Positions 53,941 through 61,640 of a DNA stretch of 64,000 nucleotides are shown piece by piece. The translations under genes and the position numbers were made by a program. How positions within the stretch are numbered: position 1 is the first letter of the stretch; every line of letters starts with the position of its first letter. This stretch comes from Pseudomonadota bacterium (GTDB lineage: Bacteria; Pseudomonadota; Gammaproteobacteria; Burkholderiales; Burkholderiaceae_C), in contig JADFIG010000009.1 in NCBI GenBank assembly GCA_022566735.1, positions 6,483-70,482 of the forward strand. Direction: 5' to 3'. The notes under the pieces were generated by a model, which was not told the origin of the DNA, made no database searches, and saw only the letters and a list, made by a program, of their open reading frames with translations.

Positions 53941-56124
53941 TCAGGCCTTCAGGTACTCCGCCTTCTGCCCCAGCCAGCGCTGGATGTGGCGCTGCGCCGC
54001 CTCGGGGTGGCGCAGCAGCATGCGTTGCGCCGCTGTCTGCACGCGCTGCAGCAGGGTCGGGCCATCGCCGCCGCCCTCGCGTCCCGCCCCCCCTTCGTCG
54101 GCCAGCTCGCCCACATTGGCAAAGCGCAGCAAGGCCGCGCCGGACTGGCGCGCGCCCATGAACTCGCCGGGGCCGCGGATGTCGAGGTCGCGCCGCGAGA
54201 TCTCGAAGCCGTCGGTGGTTTCGGCCATGGCGCGCAGGCGCTGCTTGCCCGAGTCCGACAGCGGCGCGGCGTACAGCAGCACGCACACGCTGGCCACCGC
54301 GCCCCGCCCCACCCGGCCGCGCAACTGGTGCAACTGGCTCAGGCCGAAGCGCTCGGCGTGCTCGATGACCATCAGGCTGGCGTTGGGCACGTCCACGCCC
54401 ACCTCGATGACGGTGGTGGCCACCAGCACGCTGAGCTCGGCGCGGGCGAAGCGGTCCATCACCTCGGCCTTCTCGGCGGCGGGCAGGCGCCCGTGCAGCA
54501 GGCCCACGCCCACGCCGGGCAGGGCCTCGCTGAGGTCCTGGTGGGTCTGGGTGACGTTGCTGAGGTCCAGCGGCGGGCGCTTGGCGCTGTGGCGTCCGGC
54601 GGCCAGGTCGGCGGCCTCGTCGCTGGCCTCGGTCTCGTCGATGAGGGGGCAGACCCAGTAGACCTGGCGCCCGCGGGCCACCTCGTCGCGGATGCGCTCG
54701 ATCACCTCCTCGCGGCGGCCATCGGCAAACACCTTGGTGACGATGGGCGTGCGCCCTGGCGGCAACTCGTCGATGGTGCTGACCTCCAGGTCGGCCAGGT
54801 AGGTCATGGCCAGGGTGCGGGGGATGGGCGTGGCGCTCATCATCAGCAGGTGGGGCTCCAGGTCGGTGGCCTCCAGCTTGCGGCGCAGCTGCAGGCGCTG
54901 GGCCACGCCGAAGCGGTGCTGCTCGTCGATGAGGGCCAGGCCCAGCCTGGCGAACTCGACCTGGTCCTGGATGACGGCGTGGGTGCCGACCACGAGCTGG
55001 GCTTCGCCACTGGCCACGGCGGCGAGCTGCTCGCGCTTGGCCTTGGCCTTCAGGCTGCCGGTGAGCCAGGCCACCTTCACGCCCAGCGGCTCCAGCCAGC
55101 CCACCAGCTTGCGGAAGTGCTGCTCGGCCAGGATCTCGGTGGGCGCCATCAGCGCGCACTGCCAGCCGGCCTCCATGGCGATGGCCGCGGACAGCGCCGC
55201 CACCACCGTCTTGCCCGAGCCCACATCGCCCTGCAGCAGGCGGTGCATGGGCTGGGGGCGGGCCAGGTCGATGGCGATTTCTTCGCACACGCGGCGCTGC
55301 GCGGCGGTCAAATCGAAGGGCAGCACGCCCAGCAACTGCTCGTGCAGGCCGCCCGTGCGCAGCGGCAGCACCGGGGCCTTCAGGTGGGCGCGCTCGGCCT
55401 TGGCCTGCAGGCGCGAGAGCTGCTGGGCCAGCAGCTCCTCGAACTGCAGGCGCAACCAGGCGGGGTGGCTGTGCTCGCCCAGGGCCTCGATGGACACGTC
55501 CGGCGCGGGGTGGTGCAGCTGGTGCAAAGCCTGGCGCAGCGTGGGCCAGTGCGCGGGCAGCAGCGCGGCCACCTCGGGGGGCAGCACCTCGTCCAGCGGG
55601 GCGCGCCGCAGGCCCGCCTCGACGGCCTTGCGCAGGTAGGCCTGGGGCAGGCCCGCCCCGGCCGGGTAGATGGGCGTGAGCGAGGTGGCCAGGGGCGTGC
55701 CGTCCTGCACGGTGCGCACCTGCGGGTGCACCATCTCCCGCCCGAAGAAGCCCACGCGCAGGTCCCCGCGCACGCGCAGGCGCACGCCCGCCGCCCAGCT
55801 CTTTTGCTGCGAGCCGTAGAAGTTCAGGAAGCGCAGTTGCACCTCGCCCGTGCCGTCATCGAGCTTGACGATGAGCTGGCGGCGCCCGCGCATCTCGACG
55901 CGGTTGTCCACCACCACGCCCTCGACCTGCACCGTCTGGCCGTCGCGCGCCTCGCGCAGCGGCGTCAGGCGGGTTTCGTCCTCGTAGCGCAGCGGCAGGT
56001 GCAGGGCCAGGTCGATGTCGCGCACCAGGCCCAGGCGGGCCATGGCCAGTTGCGGGGCGGAGGCTTTGGCGGTCTTGGCGGCCGGGTCGGTGGTGGGGAT
56101 GCGGTTCGCTGCGGCGCGCGCCAC
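53941..56124 (-). CDS. recG: ATP-dependent DNA helicase RecG
   Basis: HLPLRYED, LQGDVGSGKT, IDEQHRFG, SATPIPRTL, QLRGRVGRG. Start GTG 56124 or ATG 56043. Confidence 0.97.
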   Translation of the reverse strand: MARAAANRIPTTDPAAKTAKASAPQLAMARLGLVRDIDLALHLPLRYEDETRLTPLREARDGQTVQVEGVVVDNRVEMRGRRQLIVKLDDGTGEVQLRFLNFYGSQQKSWAAGVRLRVRGDLRVGFFGREMVHPQVRTVQDGTPLATSLTPIYPAGAGLPQAYLRKAVEAGLRRAPLDEVLPPEVAALLPAHWPTLRQALHQLHHPAPDVSIEALGEHSHPAWLRLQFEELLAQQLSRLQAKAERAHLKAPVLPLRTGGLHEQLLGVLPFDLTAAQRRVCEEIAIDLARPQPMHRLLQGDVGSGKTVVAALSAAIAMEAGWQCALMAPTEILAEQHFRKLVGWLEPLGVKVAWLTGSLKAKAKREQLAAVASGEAQLVVGTHAVIQDQVEFARLGLALIDEQHRFGVAQRLQLRRKLEATDLEPHLLMMSATPIPRTLAMTYLADLEVSTIDELPPGRTPIVTKVFADGRREEVIERIRDEVARGRQVYWVCPLIDETEASDEAADLAAGRHSAKRPPLDLSNVTQTHQDLSEALPGVGVGLLHGRLPAAEKAEVMDRFARAELSVLVATTVIEVGVDVPNASLMVIEHAERFGLSQLHQLRGRVGRGAVASVCVLLYAAPLSDSGKQRLRAMAETTDGFEISRRDLDIRGPGEFMGARQSGAALLRFANVGELADEGGAGREGGGDGPTLLQRVQTAAQRMLLRHPEAAQRHIQRWLGQKAEYLKA

Positions 56125-56147
56125 GGGTGGGCTCCGGGGAGGATGGA

Positions 56148-56186
56148 TGGGGCGATTGTGTGGGGCGATTGTGTGGGGCGATTGTG
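56148..56186. repeat. Perfect 13-bp tandem repeat x3 upstream of recG
   Basis: TGGGGCGATTGTG x3. Confidence 0.95.
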
Positions 56187-56248
56187 CCCGCAGCTGTTCT
56201 TGCCAACGCAGCCATGGGCACCGGCACCGCCACCGTGTGCGGCCCAGG

Positions 56249-56276
56249 TTGACAAACCTTGCCAATTGCCAACAAT
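56249..56276 (+). promoter_or_regulatory. Promoter/operator of the toxin-antitoxin operon
   Basis: TTGACA-N16-AACAAT, overlaid by three TTGNCAA palindromic boxes (56249, 56259, 56266). Confidence 0.75.
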
Positions 56277-56282
56277 GCTCGC

Positions 56283-56543
56283 ATGCGCAGCAAAACCCCC
56301 ACCATGAACGTCTCCCTCACCGAGGCCCTGAGGGATGTGGTGGATGAGCGCCTTCGTTCCGGTCTGTACGGCAACGCCAGTGAGTACGTTCGGGAGTTGA
56401 TTCGGCGCGACGAAGAAGCCACCAGACAGCTTCGCACGCTCCTTCAGGCCGGCATCGACAGCGGCGCCTCGACCCCGATGTCCGACGATGACTGGGCTGC
56501 GCTCCGCGCGGTGGCGCGTTCGCCCGCCACCGGGCAGACATGA
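56283..56543 (+). CDS. Type II antitoxin, ParD-like (ribbon-helix-helix)
   Basis: TMNVSLTEAL...SGLYGNASEYVRELIRRD...LQAGIDSG; ATGA-coupled to the toxin. Start 56283 or 56304. Confidence 0.92.
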   Translation: MRSKTPTMNVSLTEALRDVVDERLRSGLYGNASEYVRELIRRDEEATRQLRTLLQAGIDSGASTPMSDDDWAALRAVARSPATGQT

Positions 56544-56863
56544 AGCCGATACACCGTCGTCCCGCCGCCATCGAGGATCTGATTCGCCAAGTGGCCTACC
56601 GTCGCAATGCAGCGGGCGAAGCGTCCGCCATGGCCTTGGTCGATGAAATGCAAGCGTGCCTGCGGTCGATTTCCGAAGCGCCGGCCACCGGCTCACGGCG
56701 CATCGGTCAGTTGCTCGGCATCCCTGAACTTCAGTGGAAGCGCGTCGGCAAGACCAAGCTGTGGTTCTGGTACGTCGAAGAGGCCGACCATGTGGACGTG
56801 ATCCGCCTGGTCAGCACGGATCAGCTCCCGCGGCAAGCCATGCTCCCCGACGATCTTCATTGA
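56540..56863 (+). CDS. Type II toxin, ParE/RelE superfamily
   Basis: RRPAAIEDL...ISEAPATGS...FWYVEEADHVDVIRLV; downstream of the antitoxin. Confidence 0.85.
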   Translation: MKPIHRRPAAIEDLIRQVAYRRNAAGEASAMALVDEMQACLRSISEAPATGSRRIGQLLGIPELQWKRVGKTKLWFWYVEEADHVDVIRLVSTDQLPRQAMLPDDLH

Positions 56864-56938
56864 CCGTCCACACAGCGACCGGAATCCACCGGGGATGTGG
56901 CAGCGCAGGTGCCGAACGGACGGCGCCCAAGGGGTGGC

Positions 56939-56972
56939 GGGTCAACCGACCGTCATGCACACCCCCTAAGGT
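56939..56972 (+). promoter_or_regulatory. PHO box-type promoter of glpQ
   Basis: GGGTCAA-CCGA-CCGTCAT (11-bp period), then 10 nt, then TAAGGT -10. Confidence 0.65.
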
Positions 56973-57004
56973 GGGGGTTCAACCACCCAACCCTGAGGAA
57001 GCCC

Positions 57005-58204
57005 ATGTCGCAACACCTGCGCAAGCTGCTGGCCCTGTCGGCGGCGCTCTTCATCGTCACCCCCGGCCACGCCGCTGACACCGACCGCGCCCTGGAGCGC
57101 GCCGAGCGTGCCGAGCGCCGCGTGCAGCAGCCCCTGGTCATCGGCCACCGCGGCGCCTCCGGCTACCTGCCCGAGCACACCCTGGAAAGCTACGCCCTGG
57201 CCATCGAGCTGGGCGCCGACTACGTCGAGCCGGACCTGGTCGCCACCAAGGACGGCCACCTGATCGCCCGCCACGAGCCCAACATCGTCAACACCACCGA
57301 CGTGGCCGACCACCCCGAGTTCGCCAGCCGCCGCCGCATCGCCGTGGTGGACGGTGCGCCGGAAGAAGGCTTCTTCGCCAGCGACTTCACCCTGGCCGAG
57401 ATCAAGACCCTGCGCGCCAAGCAGGCCTTCGGCGAGCGCCCCCAGCAGTTCAACGGCAAGCTGGCCATCCCGACGCTGCAGGAAATCATCGCCCTGGTGA
57501 AGCGCAAGACCCTGGAGAAGGGCCGCGTCATCGGCATCTACCCCGAAACCAAGCACCCCACCTACCACCAGGCCCTGGGCCTGCCGCTGGAAGGCCGCCT
57601 GCTGAAGGTGCTGACGCAAGCCGGCTGGAACCACCGCAACGCGCCGGTGTTCATCCAGTCCTTCGAGCAGGGCAACCTGAAGGCGCTGAGCAAGCTGACC
57701 TCGGTGCGCCTGATCCAGCTGGTGGACGCCAACGACGTCAACCCCGACGGCTCGCTGGACTTCACCGCCCCGTTTGACCGCCCCTACGACTGGACGGCCT
57801 CGGGCAAGCCCGAACTGCTGGCCCGCACCTTCGCCTGGCTGACCACCGACGAAGGCCTGAAGGACGTGGCCAGCTATGCCTACGGCATCGGCCCCTGGAA
57901 GCGCTACATCGTCTCGACCGTGGCCAACCCGGACGGCAGCGGCCCCGGCGAAGCCAAGCTGAAGCTGGCCGAGCCCACCGACCTGATCCAGCGCGCCCAC
58001 GCCGCCGGCTTGAAGGTGCACACCTGGACCTTCCGCAACGAACAGCGCCGCCTGGCCGGCGACTACGCAGGCAACCCCATCAACGAGTACCTGCAGTTCT
58101 ACCAACTGGGCATCGACGGCGTGTTCTCGGACTTCGCCGACACCGCCGTGGTGGCACGCGAAATGCTGAAACTCCAACAACGCCTGGACCCACAGGCCGA
58201 CTGA
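57005..58204 (+). CDS. glpQ: Secreted glycerophosphodiester phosphodiesterase
   Basis: Signal peptide, IGHRGASGYLPEHT, EPDLVATKDG, YPETKHP, IDGVFSDF. Confidence 0.93.
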   Translation: MSQHLRKLLALSAALFIVTPGHAADTDRALERAERAERRVQQPLVIGHRGASGYLPEHTLESYALAIELGADYVEPDLVATKDGHLIARHEPNIVNTTDVADHPEFASRRRIAVVDGAPEEGFFASDFTLAEIKTLRAKQAFGERPQQFNGKLAIPTLQEIIALVKRKTLEKGRVIGIYPETKHPTYHQALGLPLEGRLLKVLTQAGWNHRNAPVFIQSFEQGNLKALSKLTSVRLIQLVDANDVNPDGSLDFTAPFDRPYDWTASGKPELLARTFAWLTTDEGLKDVASYAYGIGPWKRYIVSTVANPDGSGPGEAKLKLAEPTDLIQRAHAAGLKVHTWTFRNEQRRLAGDYAGNPINEYLQFYQLGIDGVFSDFADTAVVAREMLKLQQRLDPQAD

Positions 58205-58273
58205 GGACCGCCGGGCGGGCGCCTGATCAGCGCCTGCCTGACGGGTGAATTGCGTGAACCCCGAGAGACTTTG

Positions 58274-58300
58274 AAGGCCGCCTTGTGCGGTCTTTTTTTT
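58274..58300 (+). terminator. Rho-independent terminator of glpQ
   Basis: AAGGCCGC-CTTGT-GCGGTCTT-TTTTTT. Confidence 0.9.
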
Positions 58301-58396
58301 GGCCCGCTGCTGCCCGATGCCCAGGTTGTGACCGTGCCAGGGGCGCAGAAAGTGCGATGGCCCTTGCCGTGCGGGCCGCGGCACACGCCGAGCCAT

Positions 58397-58691
58397 GCGT
58401 TGCCGCTTTTTGCGGCACCCGATGCGCTGAAAGCGGCATGCGCGCCCCGGAAAGGGGCATGAGACGCGCTTTTTGCGACAAGCACGTCGCTTTGGACGAC
58501 ACGGGATGTGTCGGGTTGGGGGATGCGAGGCGGTTTTTCCGGGACGTGTGCCCCTTTATGGGGCGGTGGACGCGCTTTGTGCGACACGGGAAGCGCTTTT
58601 TGCGACAACGCTGCCGGTTTCAGGGGGACGGGAGGCGGTTTTGGCGGGAACGGTGCCGGTTGGAGCGGCAAATGACATCTGGATGGCGACA
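58397..58691. repeat. Degenerate 21-bp tandem array, 14 units
   Basis: Example units: gcgttGCCGCtttttGCGGCa, tgcgcGCCCCggaaaGGGGCa, tgagaCGCGCtttttGCGACa, cgtgtGCCCCtttatGGGGCg, cgggaAGCGCtttttGCGACa; unit 6 is 22 bp. Confidence 0.85.
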
Positions 58692-58848
58692 GCGGAGTCC
58701 GGATGGACGATGGCGCTGGGGGTTGCTGGCGGTTACAAATGAGGGTGGATGGGGGGCGTGCCACGCAGAAGGGTGCGCACCCTGAAATTCAGGCTGCCGA
58801 AGGCGCCGCCATGCGCATCGCAGGGAAGGAAAAGGGGATGCTCTTCAA

Positions 58849-58933
58849 GCAGTTAGCGAGGTTGTCGTTCGGAGCGGCGATCGTTTTAGCCCAACGAGTC
58901 GGTACTGACTGGTTGGTTTAATTGCAGTTAGGC
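58849..58933 (+). mobile_element. Candidate integron attachment site (attI-like) ending in core GTTAGGC
   Basis: GTTAGGC at 58927-58933; GCAGTTAG direct repeat at 58849 and 58924; sharp drop in GC around here. Confidence 0.55.
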
Positions 58934-58980
58934 AGCTCACTCGCTTACCGCCGTTTTTTCATTACACACAAGGAGTACGT

Positions 58981-59508
58981 ATGGCAATGGCCAAATGCCG
59001 CGAATGCGGGACAGAAGTTAGCGATGAAGCAAAAGTCTGCCCAAAGTGCGGAATATCGAAGCCTGTGAAAAAGACTTCGCTCATCGTCAAAGTTCTTGCT
59101 GGCATTTTTGGCATTGCAATCTTTGGCAACATCATCAGCGTCATCAATGGTGGATCGTCATCTCAAGCGAGTAGTTCAACACCCACAGCTGCTCCAACAA
59201 TTGATCCTAAAGAAGAGGCGATAAGTGCGGTCAAGATCGACAAATGGGATTGGCACAAAGGCGGGTTTGATAGCATCATGATGCTCAATGCAAAAATTAA
59301 GAATGAAGGCAAACGGGATGTCAAAGACATCGAAATCGAATGCACTCATTCATCTAATAGCGGGACGCGGATAGACAGCAACAAGAAAGTTGTCTATGAA
59401 CTTGTCAAGGCTGGGAAGTCCGTGAACATCAAGGATTTCAATATGGGCTTCGTTCACAGCCAGGCGACATCCACCAGTTGCCGCATCATCGACTTGGTGC
59501 TGCTATAA
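58981..59508 (+). CDS. Cassette gene: zinc-ribbon + TM + exported beta-rich domain protein
   Basis: CRECG...CPKCG zinc ribbon, one TM, Ser/Thr linker; AAGGAG RBS; AT-rich codon usage. Confidence 0.88.
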   Translation: MAMAKCRECGTEVSDEAKVCPKCGISKPVKKTSLIVKVLAGIFGIAIFGNIISVINGGSSSQASSSTPTAAPTIDPKEEAISAVKIDKWDWHKGGFDSIMMLNAKIKNEGKRDVKDIEIECTHSSNSGTRIDSNKKVVYELVKAGKSVNIKDFNMGFVHSQATSTSCRIIDLVLL

Positions 59509-59519
59509 ACCAGGCAGCC

Positions 59520-59638
59520 GCCTAACTGGCGGCTCAACGCGGACGCCAACATGGGCCATGTCTACGGCATTGTCATTGCCCATATTGATACCTCCGCCCT
59601 TCGGACTCCCGCGCCATTTAACTAAGAAACCGTAACAA
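59520..59638 (+). mobile_element. Integron attC site (degenerate right end)
   Basis: Inverse core GCCTAAC 11 nt after the stop; L''-like GGCTCAAC; central dyad CAACATGGGCCATG/CATTGCCCATATTG (12/14); R' decayed to GTAACAA. Confidence 0.75.
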
Positions 59639-59654
59639 CAAGAATAGGACATAC

Positions 59655-59873
59655 ATGACCATGCGCCTCACTTTGGACAAGCCGCCACAAAGTCTCACGG
59701 CCCGACAGAACATCGAATCTTGGTCGGTGATCGCAGCAGTCATGGCCGCATACGGTAGCGCCACACAAGACGATTTGGCTGCAGCAGTCAGCCAACACCG
59801 GCACCCTGAGGGCGGCCTCGCTTTTGTCAAGTACTGCGTTCGTCAAGGCTGGCTGAAGCAGATCAAAGAGTGA
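59655..59873 (+). CDS. Small hypothetical protein (possible second cassette gene)
   Basis: 72 aa, AGGA RBS directly after the attC, lower GC than the backbone. Confidence 0.7.
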   Translation: MTMRLTLDKPPQSLTARQNIESWSVIAAVMAAYGSATQDDLAAAVSQHRHPEGGLAFVKYCVRQGWLKQIKE

Positions 59874-59977
59874 AACTGAACCGCCCCAAACTTCGCAGAG
59901 CGCCCTTGCCTTGAGTTAAGGTCAACTCGCACAGATTGACGCCCGAACACTGGTTTGCTTTGCCCTACAGAGCCCCC

Positions 59978-60295
59978 ATGGACATCACCGAATCCATCCA
60001 GACCTGCTTCCGCAAGTACGCCACCTTCTCCGGCACGGCCTCCAAGTCCGAGTTCTGGTGGTGGGCCTTGTTCAACCTGATCGGCACCGTGAGCCTGGGC
60101 ATCGTCAGCGACAAGCTGTCCCTGGCCTTCACCGTAGCCACCTTGTTGCCCTACGTCGCGGTCACCACGCGGCGCTTGCATGACGTGGGCAAAAGCGGCT
60201 GGGCCCAGCTCGTCGGGCTCATCCCCCTCGTGGGCTGGGTCATCGTGATCGTCTGGCTCTGCCAGGACGCCAAGCCCTCCTCGCGGTTCCGCTGA
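59978..60295 (+). CDS. DUF805 family membrane protein
   Basis: FRKYATFSGTASKSEFWW...RRLHDVGKSGW. Confidence 0.93.
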   Translation: MDITESIQTCFRKYATFSGTASKSEFWWWALFNLIGTVSLGIVSDKLSLAFTVATLLPYVAVTTRRLHDVGKSGWAQLVGLIPLVGWVIVIVWLCQDAKPSSRFR

Positions 60296-60325
60296 AGCGC
60301 CCCAACCTCCCCAAAGGCCCCATTC

Positions 60326-61114
60326 ATGACCACCCCACCCCCCATCCAGTTCACCAACGGCGCAGCCTACGAGCGCTACATGGGCCTGTGGAGCCAGCAG
60401 GTCGGCCAGGCCTTCATCGACTGGCTGGGCGCGCCGGCCGGCGGGCGCTGGCTGGACGTGGGTTGCGGCAATGGCGCCTTCACGGAGTTGGTGGCGCAGC
60501 GTTGCCAGCCGCAGGGCATCGTCGGCATCGACCCCTCGCCGGAGCAGCTGGCCTTTGCCCGCGCACGCGCCAGCACCGCCCAGGCCGAGTACGTGCAGGG
60601 TGACGCCATGGCCCTGCCCCATGGCGTGGCGCAGTTCGACGTGGCCGTCATGCCCCTGGTCATCTTTTTCCTGACCGACCCGGCCCTGGGCGTGGCCGAG
60701 ATGGCGCGGGTGGTTCGCCCCGGTGGCCTGGTGGCGGCCTACAGCTGGGACATGGCCGGCGGCGGCTTCCCCTACGCGCTGCTGCAGGAAGAAGTGAGCG
60801 CCCTGGGCGTGGCCGTGCCCACGCCGCCGAGCCCGCAGGCGTCCGACACGGACATGCTGCTGGCGCTGTGGGCCCAGGCCGGGCTGCGCGACATCGCCAC
60901 GCGGGACATCACGGTGCAGCGCACTTACGCCAGCTTCGACGATTACTGGGCCACGGTGCAGGGTGCGCCCAGCATGGGCGCCAGGCTGGCGGCGCTGTCG
61001 CCCGAGCAGACCGCCACACTCAAGGCGCGCCTGCAGGCCCGCTTGCCCGCGGCCAATGCGCAGGGCCAGATCACCTGCTCGGCGCGCGCCCATGCCATCC
61101 TGGGCAAGGTGTGA
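60326..61114 (+). CDS. Class I SAM-dependent methyltransferase
   Basis: WLDVGCGNG, GDAMALP, EMARVVRPGG. Confidence 0.92.
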   Translation: MTTPPPIQFTNGAAYERYMGLWSQQVGQAFIDWLGAPAGGRWLDVGCGNGAFTELVAQRCQPQGIVGIDPSPEQLAFARARASTAQAEYVQGDAMALPHGVAQFDVAVMPLVIFFLTDPALGVAEMARVVRPGGLVAAYSWDMAGGGFPYALLQEEVSALGVAVPTPPSPQASDTDMLLALWAQAGLRDIATRDITVQRTYASFDDYWATVQGAPSMGARLAALSPEQTATLKARLQARLPAANAQGQITCSARAHAILGKV

Positions 61115-61190
61115 GCGGGGCCTTCCACAAAGCCGTCATCCAGCGGCACTACAAAGCCCAGCGTGTTCCGCATTTTGTCTGGATGTCCCC

Positions 61191-61619
61191 ATGAAGTTCC
61201 TGCCCGCCACCGCCGCCATCGTCATCGCCTGCGTCGCCACCCTGTCCGGCACCGCCGGCCCGGCCTTGGCCCAGAGCCAGCCTGACAGCGGCCCCTGCCA
61301 GCGCGAGCTGCAGCCCGGTGACATGCACGAGTTCAGCTGCCCGCTCAAGGCCTATGCGGCGGCCCAGAAGTTCCATTTCGTGGCGCGTGTTTCGGGCGGC
61401 CACGACGACTCGTCATCGCTGCTGGTCGTGCGCCATGGCGGCCAGGACGTGGCCTGCGAGACGGGCAGCAAGGTGGGCTCCGAAGGCGAGGATGGCGACA
61501 TCACCCTGGACTGCCGCTTCACCCTGCCGGCCACGGCCCTGAAGTCGCCCAGCAAGCTGGCCGTGTCCCTGAAGGCCAGCCACGTGTTCTTCGAGAACCA
61601 CAGCCTGAAGGCCGAGTGA
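61191..61619 (+). CDS. Secreted hypothetical protein with four cysteines
   Basis: Signal peptide ending ALA-Q; beta-rich mature part; host-like codon usage. Confidence 0.75.
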   Translation: MKFLPATAAIVIACVATLSGTAGPALAQSQPDSGPCQRELQPGDMHEFSCPLKAYAAAQKFHFVARVSGGHDDSSSLLVVRHGGQDVACETGSKVGSEGEDGDITLDCRFTLPATALKSPSKLAVSLKASHVFFENHSLKAE

Positions 61620-61640
61620 GCCTGCCGACCGCCCTGCCAC

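Noticed and set aside
58397-58691. CRISPR or TIGR-type array
   Set aside because: The period is 21 bp, with no invariant repeat and no spacer-length unique segments; no cas or Nop-domain gene nearby.
58099-58785. ORFs across the 21-bp array (221 aa minus, 166 aa plus, 89 aa plus) as real proteins or an integrase
   Set aside because: No tyrosine-recombinase motifs, no clear RBS, and the heptad register breaks at unit 6; the minus ORF also runs antisense through the glpQ terminator and 3' end.
58889-58933. Complete attC formed by GCCCAAC...GTTAGGC
   Set aside because: Only 45 bp, shorter than typical attC sites, and the CCAAC pairs better with GTTGG at 58912-58916; treated as attI-like or ambiguous.
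59874-59905. attC after the 72-aa gene
   Set aside because: No proper RYYYAAC or extended dyad visible.
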